64,000 nucleotides of DNA, from positions 54,250,001 to 54,314,000 of the forward strand of contig NC_043005.1 in assembly GCF_006345805.1 (NCBI RefSeq). The letters are read 5' to 3'. The position numbers were made by a program, and so were the translations under genes. The notes under the pieces were generated by a model, which ran no database searches, was not told where the DNA came from, and was given only the letters and a program-made list of their open reading frames with translations. Numbering within the stretch: position 1 is the first letter of the stretch; the number at the start of each line of letters is the position of its first letter. Below are positions 26,558-39,479 of this stretch, one piece after another. The stretch comes from Octopus sinensis (Eukaryota).

Positions 26558-27424
26558 ATTAGACAGAATGAGATAACAAAGCCAAGGCTGTGAGGAGTTT
26601 TCAGGACATTTATAATGAAATAGTCTTATAGCTGCGTCTGGGATATTATGGATATCTCTTCATCAGAGATGGTTTGAGAAAATATTTGAGTTCAAATTAT
26701 TATACATACATACAACATACATATATGCATATATATATAAAAAGATAGATAGATAGACAGATAGATATGTGTGTGCATGTGCATATGTTTGTGTGCATGT
26801 GTGTACACAGGTGTGCATACTCACATTTATTTGTACATGGTGTTGGTGTAAATATTTTACCACCATATATGGAAATATTATACTGAGAAATTGTCATTGA
26901 TATAAACAACTGACATGAAATTGGAAATACTTATCTAGTTCACTTGTATGCGACCTCATAATACAGAATATTAATATATTTGCCTAGGAGACATACAACT
27001 TTGTCTAAGATTGTCTTAATTGCTACCACCTGCACAAATTATGTGTGATTGTACACTGAAGTATTTAAGATAATGATTGGTAGATTGATAGGACTGATTG
27101 AACATCAGACAATGTGTCTAGAGGCATTTGTTCTAGTTCTCTACATTCTGAGTTCAAATTTTGCTGAAGTCAACTTTGCCTTTTTCACTTTCTGAGAGAG
27201 AGAGCTGGGAACAGGCTGATGAAGTAAAGTACTTGTTGAATGAAATTCCTGATTGCTAATTAACTGTTTCTTGTAAATATATTTGAAATTATTATTGAAC
27301 TCCACAGGAGAATTAAATAACGTAATTTTTATAGAGGGCACTAACTTTTATATCGAAAGCAATCAGTGTTAAACAAATTTGGTTAACTATATCAAATAAT
27401 CATCATCCTCATCAATATCATCAT

Positions 27425-27880
27425 TATCATTTAACGTCCATTGTCCATGATGGTATGGGTTGGACGGTTTGACCTGGGCTGGTAATCTGGAAGGCTGCAC
27501 CAGACTCCAGTCTGATTTGGCATGATTTTCTACGGCTGGATACCCTTCCTAACACTAACCACTCCAAGAGTGTAATGGGTGCTTTTACATGCCACTGGCA
27601 TGGGTGTCATTTGCATAACACCAGTATCTGCCACAGCTGTGATTTTGCTTGGCTTGATGGGTCTTCTTTTCAAGCACAACATAATGCCAAAAGTCTTGGC
27701 CATTACCTCCAATACTCGAAAGGAACTCAGCCACCTCCATGAGGCCCAATGCTCAAACAGTACTCTTTATGTGCCAGCAGCATGTGTGCCACTTATGTGA
27801 CACCAACATCAGCGATGACTACTGTCTCACTTGGCTTGACAGATCTTCTCAAGCACAGCATATCATCAAAAGTTCAAAGT
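27425..27880 (-). mobile_element. RTE-type LINE 3' region
   Basis: Tail module tttaacgtccattgtccatg...ctggatacccttcctaacactaaccactcc, followed by the family's longer 3' UTR blocks. Confidence 0.7.
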
Positions 27881-30800
27881 TTGAATATCATGCTTCACCA
27901 CTTTGTCCCATATCATCAAAGAAAACCCCTTTTAAATAACTTCAAAATATTTGCCACTGATAACCTGAAAATATTCCATAGCCCTAACTTTCTTACACAA
28001 TTGCAAAGTATGTAAACTCTGATGATAGTGAGATTCTTTTCCTTTTTGCAATACCATCACTGTAGCCTACTATGATCCAGCTATTATTAAATCACACAGG
28101 TATGCTTGACACAGAAACTGATATGTAACATGACATCACCAAAGCAGTCACAACAAGTGCCATCAGTAAACTGTCAAATTGTACAGAATGCCAACTATCT
28201 GGCACTAATATACTGTCTATTCTAATATATGGAGAGTGTATAATGGAATGGATTGTGGTAAGTGCTGGGTCAAATCATCCATGTGATATGAACTGACCAA
28301 ATTTCGCACTTGATATTTTCATCCAGAAACCATTTTAAAACTTATTTTAAATTCTCTTCACTCCAACTCCATAATCTATGTATGTGAGCTGTATTCTGAG
28401 CCAATGAAACTTCAAGTAATGTAGAGCTTAGTCAAACTGCTATTAAATATTTACTATTCCAATTATATGTGGGAAGTGCTACTTTCTTTCATTTGATTAC
28501 CTACTTATAAACATGTTTGTGCATATGTGTGAAGGAAGGGTGGCGATCAGCTTCTTCACTATTTCTGTTTAACAAATTTACCAAATTTCCCTGACAGAGC
28601 ATTGATCCATTCTAGGCTATGGCACAAGGCATTTTATCCCAAGATACCAAGAAGTGATATGAAACCTGGAACTGCTGGTTGAAAAGTAGTCTTCTTAATC
28701 AAACATATATACCCGTAATGTACGTCTGTCTTGCACTTGCATGCATCAAGGATTTTAAGTTGGAATTGGAGCAGACTTTTCATGTGTTTATGTTGTTTTT
28801 GTGTGTGTATGTGTGTGTGGTGTGTGCATGTGTGTGTGTGGTGTGTATGTGGTGTGCATGTGTGTGTGCATGCATGTGTGTGTGTGTTTTGTGTGTGCGT
28901 GTGTGTGTGTGTGTGCGTGTGTGTGTGTGTGCGTGTGATTATTATACCTCTTGAAGATTACAAGTTGACAGTTGCAGGAAAATATGGTCATCAGTTTGAA
29001 ATTTTGGGAAGGAAGAATGTGGAAAGTGATTTGGATGAGACTAGAAGCAAAGAAGACAACTGGATAGGTTTGGAAATAGGAAGAGAGATGAATGAGCTAT
29101 GAGTGGAGGTGGTATGAGGCAAGCTTGCTCCAAGGAGCAGAGACCTCTGTTACAGTAGAAGAAAAGGTAGAGTGAGGAGACAGCATGTCTGGGATATAGA
29201 GACTGTAGAGTTTTTTGTAATTTACTTCATGTCAATAAGTGTTGTTGATATTTCGAAAAAGAAAATTGAGCTTATATTCCCATTAAGATAACTTCAAAAC
29301 TAAAACAAAAAAATCTATATTAATCAGCCCATTCCAATTACCAATATAAAAAAAATGTACGTACTCTTAAAATATCTGATTCTGATTTCAAGAATATCAG
29401 AATCTTCAGGCCCTTTATTTGACTGGTCACTTACAATCAATTCCCTGAAACCACTTCAAACTTTATGCAGCACCAATTAGTAGCAGTCACTGGAAAAGAT
29501 TCTTAGAATACTATGGTCTCAAAATATAGAATGCACTGCCTTGGGCAATGAAGTATTTTTTTTTTAACTATCTTAGAATTCAAATAGAAGGTAAAAATCT
29601 TGCATTTATTGTTTTCAAGTCTGGATTATATTGTTCTAAGTATAAAACAAAAATTTCTTAACGGTGAAACCATTCTTGAATTAGTAAAGATAACATTTTG
29701 ATTCTTGTTACAAATATAGAAGACACTGCTTTGGGACTATAAGGAGTTTTTTAGTGATCATTAGAATTCAGTTGGAAAGTTTAAAAACATCTTCATTTCT
29801 TTGTCTTTGAGTCTGGTGCAGTACAAACAATTCTTAGAGAAAGGAGAAAAAGAGAAGAGGGGGAGAGACAGACAGACAGAGCGAGGGAGAGGTAGAAGGT
29901 GAAAAAGAAAAAGGAAAGAGTGATGGAAAGAAAGAGAAGTGATACTAGTACATGAGTGGTATTTTATTAACCTTATAGGTTGAAAGCCAAAGTTGTCATT
30001 ACTAGGGCTTGAACTCAGAACAAAAAGCTAGAACAGTTACAAGAAGGCATTTGTCCAGTGGTTTAACACTTCTCCCAATCGAGTGCTTTTACATTAAACT
30101 ACAGTTGATGAAGCTAAATTGAACTGATATATGACAAGCTTCCATACAGTTTCCATCTACAAATTTTCATTTATATGGCATTGATTAGTTCAAGGCTGCA
30201 GTGGAAGACAGGTGTTCAAGGTGTCATGCAGTGAGATAGATCTCAAAACCTCATGGCTTCTAGGCGGATTCTGTATTCACACAGTCATATACGGGCCTCT
30301 TTGTCCACACAGCTATGCATATGCCTCAATATGTATATATACATGGCTGTTGTGCCCGTGTTTGTGTCTGTGTGCTAATATGAATGTTGCTGGTGATTGA
30401 AGGGAACTTTTCTTTGTTCACTTAAGGAAACTATTGATTTGAAATTCATAAAGTAATGCATAAAATAGTTAGTAAAATATTTTTCAGTCATCATTTGTGG
30501 ATATATATATATACATAAATGTAAATACATATATATATGTATATTTATGTGTGTATATATGTATATATGTAATTATATATATATATTATATATATATATA
30601 TATATATACGCACAACATATAACCCCTCATAACTTGTTTATTTTTCGGAGTTTTCAGAAAATTTTTGCGAATTTGAAATCTATATGTGGGACATCATACG
30701 ATGCAAAAAAAAAAAATTGTTGTGGAGTGTGATTTAAGGCCTAGGCCTATTTGGCTGCTATTTTTAGCATGCATGACAACCATCTCAAAAAATTCGATTG

Positions 30801-30899
30801 ATAAACAAGTCTCATAAACTGTACTCATGCTAGTAGTCAAATTGATAAAAGTGCACCCTTATTCTAGGCATGCCTAGATATTGGTAAATGCAGTCTTAA

Positions 30900-31050
30900 T
30901 TTCTAGAAATTCATTGTCACCCTACAAAATTTTCATATCGCCCACCAAAATCTCAAATCGCCCAACATTTTCTAGAAATTTGCCCATCGCCCACTTGTAA
31001 GTTGAAATCACCCACCGGTTAGTGATATCACCCACTTTGGGAAGCTATGG
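30900..31050. mobile_element. Probable hAT-type transposon end with subterminal atcgccca repeats
   Basis: About five atcgccca/atcaccca motifs followed by tttgggaagctatg, which resembles the reverse complement of a cagtggttcccaaa-type TIR. Confidence 0.4.
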
Positions 31051-31560
31051 ATTTGACAAATAGGTTCATGTACATTCTACTTGATTTATTATCATAGCTG
31101 TTCTTAAGTGTAGATTAAGTAAATAACAATGTAAAATTTAGAAGACTTAGATAAAGAATTTTTTAATTGAATGTCAATAAAAGGCAGAATGAATCTAATG
31201 TTATGGCTGATATAGAAAAAGCATTAGCGGATATAATGGTGGTTGTACTCCATATGAGTTTGATGGAACTTAACTCTAAAGAGCAGTGTCTGCATGTGCA
31301 TGTATATGGGTGTGGGTGTGTGCGAGCATATGTATGTGCATATGCGTGTGTTCATGTGTGTGGCGGTAGTGGCAAGGGCGTTGTGAATGTGTTGAGATTC
31401 TTGCTTTAAAAATATTGATTATACGGAATGAGAATGTGTTTATGGAGTAAAACAACTGTATCTTTATACATCTCTATATATCTTGTTTCTTCTCTTGAAA
31501 CATATCATGCATGCACTTCACTTGCAACAACATGCCTGCACAATCATTTCTTTATATATA

Positions 31561-31940
31561 GGCGTAGGAGTGGCTGTGTGGTAAGTAGCTTGCTTACGAA
31601 CCACATGTTTCCAGGTTCAGTCTACTATAGCCTCAGGCAGACCAAAGCCTTGTGAGTGGATTTGGTAGATGGAAACTGAAAGAAGCCCATCGTATATATG
31701 TATATATATGTATATATGTATGTGTGTATATGTTTGTGCGTCTGTGTTTGTCCCCCACCACCCAACATCGCTTGACAACCAATGCCAGTGTGTTTATGTC
31801 CCTGTAACTTAGCGATTCGGCAAAAGAGACTGATAGAATAAGTACTAGGCATACAAAGAATAAGTCCTGGGATTGATTTGCTTGACTAAAGGTGGTGCTC
31901 CAGCATGGCAGCAGTCAAATGGCAGAAACAAGTAAAAGAG
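31561..31940 (+). mobile_element. Composite tRNA-derived SINE (internal deletion through the CORE box)
   Basis: Head ggcgtaggagtggctgtgtggtaag and tail gaaacaagtaaaagag. Confidence 0.9.
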
Positions 31941-32236
31941 TATATCTGAATGTGTATGTGTGTGTGTGTGTGTGTGAGTGTGAGTGAGTGTGTGTGTGAG
32001 TGCAAATGTGTGCATGTACATACACATGCATGCATGTTGATGTATATGTGTATGTGTGTGTGTGTGTGTATGCATGTATATGGAAGTGAAACGCTGCGTA
32101 ACCCCATAGACTGGCCTCTTTTGGATTTATGATTTGCTGACCATATATATATTTGTGTGTGTGTGTGTATGTCAAACTAATACACTTGTTTGTGGTTTAT
32201 ACATTTGTCTTCGTCTTTTGTGTTTCTGTAAATTTC

Positions 32237-32342
<106 letters not shown>

Positions 32343-32389
32343 GTGTGTGTATATATATGTATGTATGTTTATGTACATATATCTATAAA

Positions 32390-32441
<52 letters not shown>

Positions 32442-33198
32442 TTATTAATACAGGAAAAAGTTTAATTTTGGACACAGAGTTACAAAAGGCTTCTTATCCA
32501 CAGAGCCAAGCCTTGTGGACAGCACGTCAGACTCTATGCAAAGACAAAAAAATTTTTTAACTTTCTATTTGTTGTAATAATTACTGGTCTATTCTTTAGA
32601 GTTTGCTTCTTTTCTGATATATATTTTATTGACTGACTATATATATATATATATATATATTAGTAAATCCCAAAGAAGAAGATAAACAAACACAAAAAAC
32701 AACAATGCAAGTACGTGGCTCATGTAAAGTATTAGTAGACGCTCAGGGAAGGAAAGAAAGATGGTTTAATGTTTCAAGCAACATTCTTCTTCAGAAACAG
32801 AAGAAAGTCCAATAGAAAGGAAGACAGAGGGAGAAAATCACCAACAATTCTATAATATAGAGTTATAATAGAAGACACTTGCCCAAGGTGCTACACTGTA
32901 ATTCTTTTTTTTTTTTTTTGCAGGGCACTGGGTCTTCAAGCACATATAAAGTTATAAATAATAGTATGTAAATGTTAGGTTGACTTTTCCTAACCAAAAG
33001 GGTTATCAAGCTGATATTTACATGTTATTTACAGTATTATATGTGCTTCAAGTTCCAAAAAAGTAGTTGACATTCTCTTGAAAGTTTATTACATCATCCC
33101 AAACCCATTAGGGAGCAGTGTAAAGGGAGCTGAAACAATTGTTGTGCTAAATAAAACTCCTAATTACACTCCTTTTTCTGTATCAATCCTTTCATATA

Positions 33199-33266
<68 letters not shown>

Positions 33267-33338
33267 TGTGTGTTTGTTTGTGTTTATATAAATTAATTAT
33301 AAAATTGGATATCATCTTTGACAGCTGTTTCAATTCTG

Positions 33339-34712
33339 CCAAATGCCAATCCAACAGAGGGACCAACTATCGAAATTGACAGTACCTTGGTAGATAAAGC
33401 AATTAAGGGTATGAAGACAGAGAAAAACCCCCGGCCCATCAGGAATCACCGCAGAGATGCTCAAAATATCTGGTGGTATCAGCTATAGCCTAGTCACCCA
33501 TATAGTCAAACCATAGTCAACTGCTACAAAGGTAAAGGTGACACATTAAATACAAATAATTACAGAGGTATCAAGTTGTTGGATCAGGTAATGGAGATCA
33601 CAGAGAGGGTCATAGACCAACTAATTAGGGAGTGAGTCAGCCTAGATGAGATGCAGTTTAGGTTTGTGCCAGGGAAAAGCACCACTGATGCTATATTTCT
33701 GGTAAGACAGCTGTAGGAGAAATATCTAGCCAAAGATAAACCTCTGTACCTGGCTTCCATTGACTTGGAGAAAGCCTTTGACAGGGTACCCCGATCCCTT
33801 ATCTGGTGGTCAATGAGGAAACTAGGGATAGAAGAATGGTTAGTGAGAGCTGTGAAAGCCATGTACAGGGATGCTGTCAGTAAGGTGAGGGATGGCAATG
33901 AGCACAGTGAAGAATTCAAGGTAGGGGTAGGGGTCCACAAGGATCAGTCCTCAGCCCCCTCCTATTCATCATAGTCCTCCAGGCAATAACAGAGGAATTC
34001 AAGACAGGATGCCCCTGAGAGCTCCTCTATGCTGATGAACTTGCTTTAATTGCTGAGTCACTATCAGAACTAGAGGAGAAGTTTCAAGTGTGGAAGCACA
34101 GATTAGAATCAAAGGGCCTTAGAGTCAACCGAGCTAAAACCAAAATCTTGATAAGTAGGAAGGCAAACAGATAACAAATCCCGTCAGGTAGATGTCCCTG
34201 CTCGATCTGTAGAAGATAGAAACTCCATAAGATGCACCAAGTGTAAGCTATGGACACATAAGAAGTGCAGCAATATCAAAGGAAGGCTGACTGGGAAGAT
34301 AGTTTTTGTATGTGGCAAATGTTCAGGAGCAATAAACACTGAAAGTGTGCAGAGTACAGCTTCTGTCACATTCCAGGGAGAAAAATGAGAAGTAGTTGAT
34401 AGGTTCCATTACCTAGGTGACCAAGTCAGTAGTGGGGGTGGATGCTCTGAAAGTGTAGCTGCCAGAATAAGAATAACCTGGGCAAAGTTCAGAGAGTTCT
34501 TACCTCTACTGGTGACAAAGGGCCTCTCGCTCAGAGTAAAAGGTAAACTGTATGAAGCATGTGTATGAACAGCCATGCTACATGGCAGTGAAACATGGGC
34601 TGTGACTGCTGAGGACAAGTGTAAGCTTGCAAGGAATGAAGCCAGTATGCTCCTCTGGATGTGTAATGTCAGTGTGCATTCACAACAGAGTGTAAACACC
34701 CTGAGAGCTATA
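33339..34712 (+). mobile_element. RTE-clade LINE reverse-transcriptase remnant (pseudogenised)
   Basis: NNYRGIKLLDQV; QFRFVPGKSTTDAIF; DLEKAFDRVPR; GVH.GSVLSP; ELLYADELAL; MLHGSETW. Stops and frameshifts are present. Confidence 0.92.
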
Positions 34713-35090
34713 TACACAACACACTGGAACATGAAAATGGAATGGTATATCTTTAGCCAACTCCAATGAGATTCAGCTTTAATATGTTTTTAATTATGCT
34801 AATTAGTTTCTAAATTCTTGAATCGAAACAACTCTCAGAGATGATATCCAATTTTATAATGGATAAATAATTATTAATTTTATTGTCTCTCTATTTTTCT
34901 TTTTTCTTAAAAAAATATATATAGACCCCGGTTTATCCAGTTACCTTACAGTTGAATATTTATTGATTATGAACCAGTATATTCATGAACCAGTATATTC
35001 AGTAATGAACCAGTATATTCATTGGACTTTATTATCCCTTAATGAGGTTTGCAACCTTTATTTGAACTTTTATATATGTATATATATATA

Positions 35091-35302
35091 TGTGCCAGCC
35101 TCGTCTGGCACCTGTGTCGGTGGCACATAAAAAGCACCCACTACACTCACGGAGTGGTTGGCATTAGGAAGGGCATCCAGCTGTAGGAACACCGCCAGAT
35201 CTGACTGGCATCGTGCAGCCTTCTGGCTTCCCAGACCCCAGTTGAACCGTCCAACCCATGCTAGCATGGAAAGCGGACGTTAAACGATGATGATGATGAT
35301 GA
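35091..35302 (+). mobile_element. Young RTE-type 3' tail with (GAT)n
   Basis: cacccactacactcacggagtggttggcattaggaagggcatccagctgtag...gcggacgttaaacgatgatgat; CpGs largely retained. Confidence 0.85.
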
Positions 35303-35683
35303 TATACATATATAAAATATTAAATATATATAACATATAGTATAACATAATATACAGATGTAGAAGCATTGAGTGCATGACAAAATTGCTGAGGGCTTAA
35401 AAAATAGGTATGATAAACATCTGAAGCTGTATAAAGCTCTCAATAGGGCATTGCTACAGAATGTGGTTATATGTATACATATAACACTGGGCAACAGATT
35501 AAATCTATAATCTAATATTCCAATACATCTTACATACAATTGGCTTCTACACCCCTTTTGTCAAACAAGTTATAGGCCAATCTGAGTATGGTAAAACTCA
35601 CACCAGGTGATTTTCATAAGGGTTGAATGCAGAACCATGTTGTAGCTTGGCCAAATTCTTAAGAACACAAATATGCCAGTGAC

Positions 35684-35715
<32 letters not shown>

Positions 35716-36165
35716 TGTATGTATGTATGTATGTATGTATGTATGCATGCATGCATGCATGAATGTGTGTATTTGTGTGTTTGTGTGTATATATATATAC
35801 ATATATATACTCACACATACGCATATATATATACATATACAACCACTCATACACACACACACATGCACACATATATATACACACTTTTATATGTATATAT
35901 ATTTCTAAATATATTTATATGTAATATGCTCATAGATAAATATATATACATACACACACATATAAATGTATATCCATGTGTACATATAACATATATATAT
36001 AAATGTGTATGCATATAAGTATATACTCATCCATATATCTTTTTTGGGTGGTGGGGTGCAAATAGAAGTAATGCACACATAAAAATGAATAGAGATGTGC
36101 TTGCATATACAGACACACTTTAGAAGTCTTTATAGTTTGTCTGTGTCTATATCTATATAAAGATA

Positions 36166-36220
<55 letters not shown>

Positions 36221-36414
36221 GTATGTATATATGGATGTATATATATATGTATATATATGTATTATAATATATGTATGTATATATTATGTATGTGTATATA
36301 TATATGTATGTGTATATGTATGTATGTGTATATGTATATTATATATATATGTATGTGTATATGTATGTATATATATATAATATGTATGTGTATGTAAATA
36401 TATATGTATGTATG

Positions 36415-36515
<101 letters not shown>

Positions 36516-36578
36516 GCATATATATATATTATATATATATATTTATATAATCATATATAAGTATGCATACGCACACAA

Positions 36579-36612
<34 letters not shown>

Positions 36613-36655
36613 GTACATATAATGTATATATGTAATATGTGTATATATATATAAT

Positions 36656-36687
<32 letters not shown>

Positions 36688-37071
36688 ATATATGTATATA
36701 TATATATATATATATGTTTGAGAAGAAGATTCTAAGAAGTGGGGCAAAGATAAATTATTGTAGGAAACCACCCCTGTCAAAGCAGAAATAAAGATATCTT
36801 TCTATCCTCGTAAATCATTTTAGTTGTTTCCCTTATCATGTAATAATTTCAAAAGAATCTGCCATGTAAAGTAAGGCACTGTGGCTTATAAGGGTTATTC
36901 AAAGACTAGCCAAACAACAAAGCATAACAAAAGTACATTATACAAAGGTAAAGGAAAAACAAAACAAAAAACACCACATGTATATGTATATATATATACA
37001 TATTCATATATATATATATATATATACATGCATATATATGTGTGTGTGTGTGTGCGTGTATGGCTGTGTGA

Positions 37072-37128
<57 letters not shown>

Positions 37129-37510
37129 TGTGTGTATGTGTGTGTGTGTGAAGAGTGAGACAGAGACACAGAAAACAATTTTTGACCCACCTGCCCAGCT
37201 CAACCCCCATCCAAGTCACTGAAGCTGCGTGCAATAAATATCTCTCACATCATCATCATCATCATCATCATCATCAACATCATCATCATCAGTTACTGCT
37301 GCTGCTACTGCTGCAACTGCCAACTCATAGAGTGTGGGTGGTTCTTCCAAAGCTCTTCGGAACTCTGGAGGTTATTTTTTTTAATTATGTCAGTAGTGTC
37401 TCCTGTCCCCCTTTGATATCAAGAACACTATGAGTGCTCTCTTGAAAATCTTTCTCACAAGCACAGGAGAACCAATTTTAAGAGAAAGAAGGAGAGTAAT
37501 GGGATGATAA

Positions 37511-37545
<35 letters not shown>

Positions 37546-37897
37546 GAAGAAAGAGAGTGAGAAAGCAAGAAATAGATGCAGGATGAGAAGTAAAAAGAGA
37601 AAGAAAGAAGAGATGGAAGAACTGCACTGCTTAAACCCGGATATTGATTGGTACTCTATTTGAGAACCATGAAAGGATAAAAATACATTTTTGATCTAGG
37701 TGAGATTTGAACTCAGAATGCAGAGTTGCAAAACAAATACTACAAGGCATTTTATATGATCTCTATAATAAATGAGAATTAATTGCCTCTTATAGTAAAC
37801 CAATTTACTAAATTTCACAGTAACTGCCTTTCCTTTATGAATTTGCAGTCATGTGTTTTTATTTTCACAATTTCTTTAGTTTATTGTCTTTGCTATT

Positions 37898-38245
37898 ACT
37901 CTCTTACTCTTTTACTTGTTTCAGTCAGTTGACTGCAGCCATGCTGGAGCACCGCCTTTAGTCGAGCAAATCGACCCCGGGACTTACTCTTTGTAATCCC
38001 AGCATCGGTTGTCAAGCAATGCTAGGGGGACAAACACACACACACAAACACACACACATACACATATATACATACATATATACGACAGGCTTCTTTCAGT
38101 TTCCGTCTACCAAATCCACTCACAAGGCATTGGTCGGCCCGGGGCTATAGCAGAAGACACTTGCCCAAGATGCCACGCAGTGGGACTGAACCCGGAACCA
38201 TGTGGTTGGTTAGCAAGCTACTTACCACACAGCCACTCCTGCGCC
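37898..38245 (-). mobile_element. Composite tRNA-derived SINE (CORE-like), young copy
   Basis: agaagacacttgcccaagatgccacgcagtgggactgaacccggaacc; CpGs retained. Confidence 0.9.
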
Positions 38246-39479
38246 TGATTGTTTAATTTTTATGTCAGTAAGAAGTTTAATTTTGGTCTTTCACTTTATT
38301 ATGGTGTTAACCTTACTTACGCAATTAATGTTAGTTCTTACTTTGAGATGTAATTGGCAGCGGTATATCCTGACTTTGGTATTGCAGGAACCAGCAAAAC
38401 TCAACAGTTGTACTCTCACATGCACTCTACCTAAACTTCTGACTGGAAAGAACTACTTCCTTAAAATGATCCCCAAACCTCACCTGTCATTACTCAATGC
38501 CCAAGTGAAGAAAGAGCTTGTTCGAATGGCCCACTTTTTCACGTGACTTCACTTCACTTCACCTCACTTTGTAGGTGCTTGTGTCTTTACATTCTGAGTT
38601 CAAATTCCCCCAAGGTTGAATTTGATTTCATCCTTTTGGAGTAAATAAAAGACGTACCAGTCAAGCACTAGGGTCGATATAAATGACTTAACCCCTTCCC
38701 AAAATTTCTGGCCTTGTGGCAAAATTTGAAATCATTATTATTGTTGTTGATATCGGACATGTCTTTGAATGCTCCAAGTAAGTTCGTTTTTAAAACATTT
38801 ATTTACACCAGTTTGGTGACGTTGCTTCGTTATACGTTGGTTCCAACTTCTAATAGGAACACTAGGAACCCGTCACTGGTGTTTCTGTGTTTGTTTAGCC
38901 CCCCTCGTGGAGCCATATTCGGCCCACAAAATAAGTTCGTTGAATGTGTAATCACTTATAGTTCAAAATGATGGTGGAGAGCATCTTGTAAGGGTTAAGG
39001 AAAATAACTACCCCCTCCTGCAGTTCTGCTAACTGAAGAAAATTTCCCTCCCCTTCCCTCCCTTACTGGCAACAATACATGAGAGGGGGGGGAGAAAAGT
39101 GAGGATGCAAAAGTACGTAGTTACAGCAGAAGCAACATCAATATCGACAGCAGCAGTGGTTTGCAGCGACAGTGGCGGTAGCAGTGACAGCAGTGGTGGT
39201 GGTGGCGGTGACGGTGGTGGCTGTAGTAGTAGTAGTGGTAACAACAATGAGAAACAGCAGCAGCAGTAGCAGCAGCAGCGGTGGCAGAGACAGTAGAAGC
39301 GGAAATAGTGTTTTCTTTAAAAATACAACAGATTTTAGTGGAAAAAAATGTAATTCTAACATCAAAGGCGGGGAGAAGGAAAATAGGGGTGACGGTGATG
39401 GTGAGAGTGGCAGCGGTGGAAATGACCACAATTCCACCACCACCACAACCACCACCACCAGAAACAACAACAGCAGCAG

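Noticed and set aside
33584-34732. Minus-strand ORFs of 118 and 107 aa
   Set aside because: They are antisense to the RTE reverse-transcriptase remnant.
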